NCBI RefSeq assembly: GCF_030028105.1
Contig: NC_092382.1
Location: forward strand, 100,270,699 to 100,334,698
Direction: 5' to 3'
Origin: Mobula birostris
Taxonomy: Eukaryota
Length of the DNA: 64,000 nucleotides
The notes below the pieces were generated by a model. That model did no database searches. It was not told the DNA's origin and saw only the letters and a program-made list of their open reading frames with translations. Numbering within the stretch: position 1 is the stretch's first letter; each line of letters starts with the position of its first letter. This document shows positions 48,648 through 59,761 of this stretch, in pieces. Made by a program: the position numbers and the translations under genes.

Positions 48648-51138
48648 CAGGCAACTGCAGGAAACATAAAGTTGTGGTGGTAGGGGATTTTAATTTTCCA
48701 TACATTGATTGGGACTCCAATACTGTTAGGGGTCTAGATGGTTTAGAGTTTGTAAAGTGTGTTCAGGAAAGTTTTCTAAATCAATATTTAGAGGGACCAA
48801 CTAGAGCGGATGCAATATTGAATCTCCTGTTAGGAAACGAGTTAGGACAAGTGACAAAAGTCTGTGTATGGGGAGCATTTTGGTTCCAGTGATCAAAACA
48901 CCATTAGTTTCAACTTGATCATGGACAAGGATAAATCTGGTCCTCGTGTTGAGGTTCTTAACTGGAAGAAGGCCAAATTTGAAGAAATGGGAAAGGATCT
49001 AAAAATCATGGATTGGGACAGGTTGTTCTGTGGCAAGGCTGTGATCGGTAGGTGGGAAGCCTTCAAAAGAGAAATTTTGAGAGTGCAGAGTTTGTATGTT
49101 CCTGTCAGGATTAAAGGCAAAGTGAATAGGAATAAGGGATATTGCAACTCTGATAAAGAAGAAGAGGGAGTTGTATGACATGTATAGGGAGCAGGGAGTA
49201 AATAAGGTGCTTGAGGAGTATAAGAAGTGGAAGAAAATACTTAAGAAAATAATCAGGAGGACTAAAAGAAGACATGAGGTTGCCTTGGCAGTCAAAGTGA
49301 AGGATAATCCAAAGAGCTTTTACAGGTATATTAAGAGCTAAAGGATTGTAAGGGATAAAATTGGTCCTCTTGAAGATCACAGTGGTCGGCTATGTGCAGA
49401 ACCAAAGAAAATGGGGGAGATCTTAAATAGGTTTTTTGTGTCTGTATTTACTAAGGAAACTGGCATGAAGTCTATGGAATTAAGGGAAACAGGTCGCGAG
49501 ATCATGGAAACTGTCAGATCGAAAAGGAGGAGGTCCTTGTTATCTTGAGCAAAATTAAAGTGGATAAATCCCCGGGACCTGATAGGGCGTTCCCTCGGAC
49601 CTTGAAGGAGACTAGTGTTGAAATTGCAGGGGCCCTGGCAGAAATATTTAAAATGTCGCTGTTTACAGGCGAGGTGCCGGAGGATTGGAGAATGGCTCAT
49701 GTTGTTCCGTTGTTTGAAAAAGGATCGAAAAGTAATCCGGGAAATTATAGGCCAGTAAGTTTAACGTCGGTAGTAGTTAAGTTATTAGAGGGTGTACTAA
49801 GAGACAGAATCTACACGCATTTCGATAGACAGGGACTTATTAGGGAGAGTCAACATGGCCTTCTGCGCGGTAGGTCATCTTTGACCAATCTGTTGGTGTT
49901 TTTCGACGATGTTACCAGGAAAGTGGATGAAGGGAAGGCAGTGGATATTTTCTACATGGACTTCAATAAGGCCTTTGACAAGGTCACGCATGGGAGGTTA
50001 GTTAGGAAAATTCAGTCGCTAGGTATACATGGAGAGGAGGTAAATTGGATTAGACATTGGCTGAATGGAAGAAGCCAAAGAGTGCTAGTACAGGATTGCT
50101 TCTCAGAGTGGAGGCCTGTGACTAGTGGTGTGCCACAAGGATCAGTGCTGGGTCCATTGTTATTTGTCATCTATATCAATGATCTGGATGATAATGTGGC
50201 AAATTGTATCAGCAAATTTGCTGATGATACAAAGATTGGAGGTATAGTAGACAGTGAGGAAGGTTTTCAGAGCCTGCAGAGGGACTTGGACCAGCTGGAA
50301 AAATGGGCTGAAACATGGCAGATGGAGTTTAATACAGACAAGTGTGAGGTATTGCACGTTGGAAGGACAAGCAAAGGTAGAACAAACAGGGTTAATGGTA
50401 AGGCACTGAGGAGTGCAGTAGAACAGAGGGATCTGGGAATACAGATACATAATTCCCTAAAAGTTCCGTCACAGGTAGATAGGGTCGTAAAGAGAGCTTT
50501 TGGTATATTGGCCTTTATTAATCGAAGTATTGAGTATCAGAGCTGGAATGTTATGATGAGGTTGTATAAGGCATTGGTGAGGCCGAATCTGGAGTATTGT
50601 GTTCAGTTTTGGTCACCAAATTACAGGAAGGATATAAATAAGGTTGAAAGAGTGCAGCGAAGGTTTACAAGGATGTTGCCGGGACTTGAGAAACTCAGTT
50701 ACAGGGAAAGGTTGAATAGGTTAGGACTTTATTCCCTGGAGCGTAGAAGAATGAGGGGAGATTTGATAGAGGTATATAAAGTTACGATGGGTATAGATAG
50801 AGTGAATGCAAGCAGGTTTTTTCCACTGAGGCAAGTGGAGAAAAAAAACAGAGGACATGGGTTAAGGGTGAGGGGGGAAAGTTTAAAGGGAACGTTGGGG
50901 GGGGGCTTCTTCACACAGAGAGTGGTGGGAGTATGGAATGAGCTGCCAGACGAGGTGGTAAACGCGGGTTCTTTTTTAACATTTAAGAATAAATTGGACA
51001 GATACATGAATGAGAAGCGTATGGAGGGATATGGTCCGTGTGCAGGTCAGTGGGACTAGGCAGAAAATGGTTCGGCACAGCCAAGAAGGGCCAAAAGGCC
51101 TGTTTCTGTGCTGTTCGCTCTATGGTACTATGGTTCTA
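48648..51138 (+). mobile_element. CR1 LINE with an uninterrupted 504-aa RT ORF (49545-51059)
   Basis: RT motifs QHG, DFNKAFD, GVPQGSVLGP, KFADD; EN is broken; mirror of 24429-26915. Confidence 0.95.
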
Positions 51139-52505
51139 TCGACAATAAAACGGTGTCACCGATGGCGAACTTGCTGCTCCATGTGGGGCCGTGGGAGAAA
51201 TCCGATAGATGCTTATTCAGTTATGAGATGCATCCATAGGTTTGACAGTCGGCAAGTCTCCTACAGTGTGTAAAGTTCAGGTACTGGCGTTCATAGGCTT
51301 ATAGGGTGAGAGTGCGGGCGGCTTTGGGCGACATCCTGAAGACGGTTCACAAAACAATGCCTTACATTTCTTTTACATCTTCATTTTAGTTCAGATATCC
51401 TTCTTTTCCTGGCAGAGCCTGTTAGCTGCACTCTGGTGTGTGATTTCGGGCCGATCGGGCGATCTGGCGCTTTGCAGGTTCCGAGAGTGCTCCAGGAGGT
51501 TGTGACCAAAGCGTGCGGCCTGGAGGCCAGGGGTTCCGGGAGACGGACGGGTCGCGATCCCATGATCGACTGTCTAGCGATCCCGCCGATTAAAGCGCCG
51601 AGGAAGAATAAAATCGTCTCAGCGGGCGCGGGGGGCGAGCGGGCCTTCGGCGCCATCTAGCGGCCTCTCGCTCGCTGCTCTACCGGAAAAGGTGGCTGCG
51701 TGTGGCGGTCGCTCGCTCGTTGCTCCCGAGGGAAGGCCCTCGCGTTCGTGTGATCTCGCTCTACCTCGATGCTGTCGGCGGATGGGATCGGAGGAAGCTT
51801 TAATTGATGGGGATTGCAAATTTATACTCGCACGTGTCTGAGAGAGAGAGAGAGAGAGAGAGGGAGAAGGAGATCGAGAGAGCGAGATAGAGAGTAAGAG
51901 AGTGAGAGAGAGAGAGAGAGAGAGAGATTGAGAGTGAGAGAGCGAGATAGAGAGTGAGAGTGAGAGAGAGAGAGATTGAGAGTGAGAGAGTGAGTAAAAG
52001 AGATGAAGAGTTATATTACATCGGGTCAGACCGCGATATTGGAGAGTGGTAAACAAAACCTTATGTCCCGGCTCGGCAGTCTCCAAACTGATAGCTTGAA
52101 TATCGATTTCACTTTCCGGTTTAAAAAGCCATCCATCCCACTCCTCTCTGTTTATCTTCCCCACCCTAGCCTGTTATCTCTTCTCACCAGCCTATCACCA
52201 CCACCCCCGCCACCTCACGTGTCGGTCCTCCTTTCCTTCAATCACCTCCCACAACAGATCCCTTCATCACCTGACCTTCACCTTTCTCACCCACCTGGCT
52301 TCTATCTATCGATTTCTCGCAACCGCTCTCCTCTTCCCCTTATACTTTAATTCTGGCTTGTTCTACCTGTCTTCCCTGTCCTGGAGAAGCGTCTCGGCCC
52401 GAAACGTTCATTTCCTTGGATCCTCCCTGCGGCGCTGAGCTCCCCCAACATTTTGAGTGCGTTGCTTTGGATTTCCAGCTTCCGCGGAATCTCGGGTCGC
52501 ACTAA

Positions 52506-52527
52506 TTACGTCATCGATTCCGATTGG
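52506..52527 (+). promoter_or_regulatory. Family-B V promoter: CRE + inverted CCAAT
   Basis: TTACGTCATCGATTCCGATTGG ~120-140 nt upstream of the ATG; also upstream of psi-B2, psi-B3 and the orphan leader. Confidence 0.55.
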
Positions 52528-52643
52528 ATAACTCGGCGGAAGAGGTATGACTACAGACGTAGGTGTCTCCTTACGCGCAAAGGGCAAATCCGTCTGCTCC
52601 TACCGCCGCGATTCGTCACCCTCTCTTTCAGTATTGCGTTAAA

Positions 52644-53267
52644 ATGGGCCACAGAGAAGCATTTCTCCCTCTGGGGATCACGGCCTGGTTTACCTGTACG
52701 TAGGTTTAAATGAATTTCTTACTTTCGTCTTCTTCTTCTTCGTCCTATTATTATTATTATTATTATGCTCTCTCGCTCATCTAACGTTGTTCAGATGGCG
52801 ATTACTTTTCTATCTCTGTAACCGCACCCGTCGTGTCTCTCCCTCAATTCCTGTTTCATTCCCTACATCTCCTTTCATTTCCCCTTTCTTGTTCCACTCT
52901 CCGCCGCCCTCCTCCGGACGCCGGTCACTCAGTTTTTCTTCCCTTCTGTTTGTTCCTCTCCCGGTTCACAGGCGCGATGTCGGTGACCGTCCGCCAGACT
53001 CCCGCCGCGTTTTCCGCACTGCCCGGCGACGGGATGGAGTTGCATTGTACGGCGGAAGGAGGGGGTGATACTGATCCTATGTACTGGTACAGACAGTACC
53101 CGGGGAACGGACCTCAGGGTCTGATCTACTCGACGAACAAAATGCATCTGGATCCGAAGGAGACGGCGGACGGGTTAACAGCCGAGAGGCGGGAGAAGCA
53201 GTTCAAGCTGATTTCTAAAAGTTTGACTGCGAGTCACTCGGCTCGTTATTTCTGCGCCTGGAGTTTA
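52644..53267 (+). CDS. TRBV: TCR V segment, family B (V-B), the only intact family-B copy
   Basis: Leader 52644-52695 MGHREAFLPLGITAWFT + GTACGT, acceptor TCACAG, open exon 52972-53267 ending YFCAWSL. Confidence 0.88.
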
Positions 53268-53306
53268 CACAGCCGCCCGACCGGATGGTGAAACCGAACA
53301 AAAACC
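53268..53306 (+). other. 23-RSS of V-B
   Basis: CACAGCC + 23 nt + ACAAAAACC. Confidence 0.92.
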
Positions 53307-54102
53307 TCCAACTCTGAAGACAGCCTCGACTGTCAATGGGAGCGCAGGTGCGGGGGTGGGGGCGGGTGTTTAAACTGGAGTGTCGGGGGGAGAACGAACC
53401 CAGAACTCCAGAATAGACAGTAGAGTGGTTGTGGGGACAGATTTTGTGCAACCTACCGACAAGGTCAGGAATAAATTAGGTTGGGCATGGTGGGTCTAAA
53501 GTTCTGAGCTGCGTGTGCTTCAACGCAAGGAGGATCATGGGAAGTGTGACGGAGTTATAGTTTGTGTCCGCACGTGGATTTACCGCATTGCCGCCTTCAG
53601 TGAGACTTCGTTGGAGGAGGTGCAGTACCGGCAGCTCTGTAATCCGGGGTTTCGCTGTTGTGGGCGTGATAAAGCCAGAGGGATTAACGGGGGGGGGGGG
53701 GGGTTGTAGCACGACCTGTCGGGGGAAATATCACTGCAATGCTCAGTCAGAACAGACTGCAGAGCTCGACCACTGAGGCATTATGCATAGAAGTGATTAA
53801 TCGGAAAGTATAACCACGTTAACTGGATCAGATTATAGAACGTCCAACAGTACGCGAAAGTTACCGGAGTAATTTTCTTGAGAGACTTTTGCAAGAAACA
53901 TAAGGTGGTGATAACAGGAGATTTTAACTGTCCAAATATTGACTGCGACTCCGTTCTGTAAAAATGCCATGATAGGAAGCAGTTTTTTTCTCAAATGTGT
54001 TGAAGGAAGTTTCCGTAACCAGTGCATCTAGGTTCCAGTCAGAGAGAGATTCTGCTGTCTCATTCGTCTCACATGCGCTTGTAAATCAGAGAGCGAAAGA
54101 TA

Positions 54103-54137
<35 letters not shown>

Positions 54138-55511
54138 GGAAAAAGAGAGAGAGATTATGATCTTAGTTACAGGAAATTAGACCGCGATTCCGAGGGTGCT
54201 GAGCGACAGCTTATATCCCGTACGGGCAGCCTCCAACTTGGTGACAGCAATATCGAATTCACTTTCGAGTTTAAACAATTCCTCCCACTCGCCTCTTCCG
54301 CCCACTCTAGCCTCTTACCCCTTCTCACCTATCACCTCGGCAACCTCCCCCCCCCCCCCCCACAAATGCCGGGCTTCCTTTCCTTTCTCCTTTCAACAGG
54401 AGATTCTTTCATCACCCTACCCTTCCCTTTTTCACCCACCTGGCTTAACCTATCCATTTCTCGCAATTCCTGTTCCTCGTCCCCTTAGGTTTTAATTCTG
54501 GCTTTTTCTCGCTTCCTCCCAGCTGCTGGAGAAGCGTCTCGGCCCGGACCGTTCATTTCCGCTTCTGTTTCTGCTTGGTACTGCGCAAGCGCAGCCGGAC
54601 GGCTGTTACAACGCGCAGTCGCTGTTAAAGCTTTGTTGACTGGATCCCCAAAATCGATTTGATTTAGTTTATCTCTTAAAATTAGTCATATCAGAAATAC
54701 TGCTCAGGTCTGGCGGCAGAAGATTCCACTCTTTTGTTGATCTTGGGTAGAGGGAGTACTGGTAGCAAATTCTATTCAATGAAGGGGTTTCCAATATGTG
54801 AGGTCCAGTTTCCTGTCGAGTAGAACTGACCCCTGTGTCGAATTTGGATGTTTGATGGAGTGATGGTGTGCACTTCTTCGAAAATGAAAATTAACCGTAG
54901 TTTAATACGCCGGTTTTCAAGTGGTTCTCATTGAAGGTTAGAGAGCATGTTGTTGACACTGGATTTCCTGCTGTAATTGTTTCACACAAAGCGAGCAGCA
55001 CGACGTTGGATGTTTTTCGATGAACTTTTTATTGTCAGCTTGATGGGAATCCCACAAGGCCGCGCAATTCTCAAGCTTTGGACGGACGAGTGTCTCGTAC
55101 GCCATGTCCTTGACGGACTTACCACATGAGTGGAGGTGCCTTCTCAGCATACACGCCATTTTATTTGCTTCGGCTGCACTCTGATTGATGTGGGATGCCC
55201 AGTTAAGATCCGTGCTAATTTCAACACCAAGATATGCTTCTATTAACGCTGCCAGGCGTGCTGAGCTCCACCAGCATTTTGAAGGCGTTGCTTTGGATTT
55301 CTAGAATCTGCAGAATCGCTGGCGTTCATAACAAGTAAAACTTTATGATGCGCCGAAGGGGCCGCTTTAACTACGTCATCGAATCCGATTGGTTAACTCG
55401 GCGGAAGGGGTGTGACTGATATCCCATGTGTCTCCTAACGCGCAAAGCGCAAAGCCCTCTACTCTTACCTCGGCGATTCGTCACCATCCTCTCTTTCGGC
55501 ATTGCGTTAAA

Positions 55512-56164
55512 ATGAACCACGGACAAGAACTTTTCTTGCTGTGGATCCCAGCCTGGTTTACGTGTATGTAGGTTTTATTTAATTTCTTACTTTCGTCTTC
55601 TTCATCTTTTTTTTCTTCTTCTTCTTCTTCCTCTTCTTCTGCTTATTATTATTATTATTATCATTCTACTCACTCATCTAACGTTCTTCAGATGTCGACT
55701 ATATTTCTTTCTCTGTAACCGCACCCGTCGTGTCTCTCCCTCAATTGCTGTTTCATTCCCTACGTCTCCCTTCATTTCCCCTTTCTTGTTCCACTCTCCG
55801 CCGCCCTCCTCCGGACGCCGGTCACTCAGTGTTTCCTCCTTCCTTTTTGTTCCCCTCCCGGTCCAAAGGCGGGACATCGGTGACCGTCCGCCAGACTCCC
55901 GCCGCGTTTTCCGCAATGCCCGGCGACGGGATGGAGTTGCATTGTACGGCGGAAGGAGGGAGTGATACTGATTATATGTACTGGTACAGACAGTACCCGG
56001 GGAACGGACCTCAGTACCTGCTTTACTAGGCGAACAACGAGCATCTGGAACCGAAGGAGACGGCGGACGGGTTAACAGCCAAGAGGCAGGACAACCAGTT
56101 CAAGCTGATTTCTAAAAGTCTGACTGCGAATCATTCGGCTCGTTATTTCTGCGCCTGGAGTTTA
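55512..56164 (+). pseudogene. TRBV: TCR V pseudogene, family B (psi-B3, mirror of psi-B2)
   Basis: Leader 55512-55563; exon 55869-56164 with TAG at 56027-56029; RSS CACAGCT-23-ACAATAACC (56165-56203). Confidence 0.87.
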
Positions 56165-56785
56165 CACAGCTGCCCGACCGGATGGTGAAACCGAACAATA
56201 ACCTGCAACTCTGAGGAGAGCCGCGACTGTCAATGGGAGCGCAGGTGCGGGGGTGGGGGTGGGTGGTTAAACTGGAGTGTCGGGGGGAGAACGAACCCAG
56301 CGCTCCAGACACTAGAGTGGTTGTGGAGAGGGATTTTTTTAATTGTACACACAAGGTCGGGAATAAACATAGGTTGGGCATGGTGGGTCTAAAGTTCTGA
56401 GCTGCGCATGCTTCAACGCAAGGAGGATCATGGGAAATGTGACGGAGTTATAGTTTGTGTCCGCCCGTGGATTTACCCCATTGTCGCCTTCAGTGAGACT
56501 TGGTTGTAGGAGGCGAACTACCGGCAGCTCTGTATTCCGGTGTTCCGTTGTTGTGGGTGGGGTACAGCGAGAGGGATTAACGGGGTTACGTGGCACGACG
56601 TGTCAAGGGGAAGGTCACAGCAATGCGCAGTCAGGGCAGACTGGACAGCTCGACGAATGAGGCCTAATGGGTATAACTGAGGAACAAGAAAATATAAACA
56701 CGTTAACCGGATTGTAATATAGATGATAGAATGTCTAACCGTCGGCAGCGGTTATAGGATCAATTTTGTCGTGTTATAAGACTGT

Positions 56786-57089
56786 GGCCGTGTAAGCTCC
56801 AAGCGCACAAATAGCGTGCGAAGGGATTGGCAGTTAGGTCGCTGGAAGTCAATTTCATCTGTTTTTTTAGCCTCTTGGGCGTTAATCTGCCCGCATTCCC
56901 CCTCGGCTCTCGATGCATGTTGACCATCCGATAAATGAGGTTCTGGGGATCACTTTCCCGGATACTTCCTGAACAATGGGGTGCAACCAGGGCTGCTCCC
57001 ACCTTCCGCTTTGCCTGCAATTTCATTTTGGCGGCGGGCGGTGCGCCGAAAGGGTCCGGATTCTGGGCGCACTGTCACCAACCTCTCAC
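56786..57089 (-). pseudogene. Degenerate TCR V pseudogene (mirror of 19098-19401)
   Basis: Same frameshifted RYLCAWSL sequence. Confidence 0.75.
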
Positions 57090-57741
57090 CAGAAGTCAGA
57101 GAGTTGGATGAGAGTAGGAGAGGGTGACAGGCGTCCCAGTGACAAAGGCGTTCGTTGAAAAGGGAAAGGGAAGTCGGAGACCCCGGTGTGGACGGACAGC
57201 GACCGAGGCACAGACAAGCAGAGGCAACGACCCCCTGACGGGCAGTGTTCACCTCTGTGCCCGATCAGGAAGAAATCTTTGGGAGATCAAGACATCAGAA
57301 GAAACTCAAGAGAGAGAGGAGTAAGATATTTAGCAAAACTACTCACAGGCAATCCAGAACATGATCCCGAGTAAAAAATTATCTTTCTTTGAACCGTTGT
57401 CCTGTTAGGAGGAAACACACTAAATGCGATGCTGGGGTTATTATCAGACAGATTCGCGGTTGACCGCTCACTGGAAGGCATTAGAAATTCGACCAGCCTA
57501 TTCCCTCGATTTGACCGTTCGGAATAGACGTATCCATCAGAGGAGATCCGTCCGAACTCTCCCAACAAAATTTGGCATCGTTTTTAACCTAGAAATTGTG
57601 GGGGAAAGGGCAAACGGCCTGTTTTGGTCTTCGAGTTCTACGGTCTGTGTTTTAGCCTCTGTTTGTCACTTAACAATATTCTCTTAAAGTTCTTGAACTC
57701 ATTCTCTCCCCTTTCTTTCTTTGTGTCTCTGTTACTGTGCA

Positions 57742-57799
<58 letters not shown>

Positions 57800-59722
57800 G
57801 CACCAGGGAGTCAACGCCAAGTTCACTCAACCTACTTCCATAAGACGCTTTCTCCAACCCGGGAAACATCCTCCTAAATCTCCACTGCACTCTCTCTGTA
57901 GTACCCATATCCCTTCTGTAATGAGGTGAACAGAACTGAGCAGCGTACTCAAGTCAACTCTAATTGACGTCTTATATCGCTGTAACATTACCTCACGGCT
58001 CTTAAACTCAAACCCACCGTTAATGAATGCCAACAAACCATACGCCTTCTTAACAACATTATCAACTTGCGTAGCAGCTTTGAGTGTCCTATGGACACGG
58101 ACTCCAAGATCCCTCTGATTCTGCACACAGTCAAGAGTCCTGCCTTTAGTCTTCTACGCAGATTCAACACCTTCTATCGATGGAATTTCTCCCTCATCTG
58201 TGGTTTTAAAGGGACGTCCTTCTGTCCCAGGGCAGTTCTCTTTGCATCCGAGACTCCAACCCTCTTCAGACTGACCAGGATAAGGGGCATAAACGGACGG
58301 AAGGCGTCACAGGGATTGAGTGGGTTTCCCGACACTACGGTGAGCTCTGATTGCGTGCTGGATATCAGATACGGACCGTCCTTTGTCATCAGGGACTGGT
58401 GTCGATCTACAGGAAGAATCTTTCAGTCGCTTTCACCGTGAAAGTTGTGGTTCCCTCCCTAGCTCTCCTTTGATCGGAGTCGCAGCGAAAAGATAAATGC
58501 CGGCTGAAGGGAACAATTGCCCCGCTCCCGGGAGCGCAGCGGCCGGTGCAGCGCTCTGCAGCCCTCGCGATCGGCGTTCCATTCCCGCTGCTGTTTAGAG
58601 GTTTTCTCTTTTGCGAACGTCCTCTCCGTGACGGTGAGTGTTTCCTCGGGGTTTCCCCGGTTCCTTCCGCATTCCAAAAACAAAGTGGGTTATGGATACT
58701 GGCTTTGTAGGCGAGTTAGAAGAGTGGGCTGACAGATGGCAGATGGAGTTTAATACTGATAAATGTGAGGTGCTACATTTTGGTAGGACTAATCAAAATA
58801 GGACATACATGGTAAATGGTAGGGCATTGAAGAATGCAGTAGAACAGAGGGATCTAGGAATGATGGTGCATAGTTCCCTGAAGGTGGAATCTCATGTGGA
58901 TAGGGTGGTGAAGAAAGCTTTTGTTTTGCTGGCCTTTATTCATCAGAGCATTGAGTATAGGAGTTAGGGTGTAATGTTGAAATTGTACAAGGCATCGATG
59001 AGACCAAATTTGGAGTACTGTGTACAGTTTTGGTCACCGAATTATAGGAAAAATGTCAACAAAATTGAAAGAGTACAGAGAGGATTTACTAGAATGTTAC
59101 CTGGGTTTCATCTCCTGAATTACAGAGAAAGGTTGAACAAGTTGGGTCTTTATTCTCTGTAGTGTAGAAGGGTGACGGGGGACTTGATAGAGGTATTTAA
59201 AATTATGAGGGGGATAGATAGAGTTGACGTGGATAGGCTTTTTCCATTGAGAGGTGGGGAGATTCAAACAAGAGCACATGTGTTGAGAGTTAGGGGGCAA
59301 AAGTTTAGGGGTAACATGAGGGGGAACTTCTTTACTCTGAGAGTGGTAGCTGTGTGGAACGAGCTTCCAGAAGAAGTGGCTGAGGCAGGTTCCATGTTGT
59401 TGTTTAAAGTTAAATTGGACAGCTCTATGGACAGGAAAGGAATGGAGGGTTATGGGCTGAGTGCAGGTCGCTGGGACTGGGTGAGAATAAGAGGTCGGCA
59501 CGAACTAGAAGGACCGAGATGGCCTGTTTCTGTGCTGTTTTTGTTATATGGTTATATAGTTTTAAACATCGTGACACTGTCAGGCTCCACCTCCTCCCCA
59601 ACTCCACAATCCTCAGACGTCGACGCAAAACGACGCACGTGATAAGAAAAGCTGATCTTATCACAGATAAGATCTCAGCCGTCTCTCAGAGAGTCACGCC
59701 CCGCCCCCCTTTCAGCACTCGC

Positions 59723-59761
59723 GGTTTTTGTTGTACGGCGCCGAATCTCTGCGTCGCCGTG
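59723..59761 (-). other. 23-RSS of V-C2
   Basis: CACGGCG + 23 nt + ACAAAAACC. Confidence 0.85.

Noticed and set aside
49545-51059. 504-aa RT ORF as an active or domesticated retroelement
   Set aside because: The element is 5'-truncated with a broken endonuclease and the mirror copy is frameshifted; an ordinary young CR1
52833-53291. Long ORFs running into V exons (also 5012-5311, 9913-10413, 20158-20457, 55730-56029) as single-exon leader+V genes
   Set aside because: The upstream part is intron read-through; true leader exons with GT donors and polypyrimidine-AG acceptors were found
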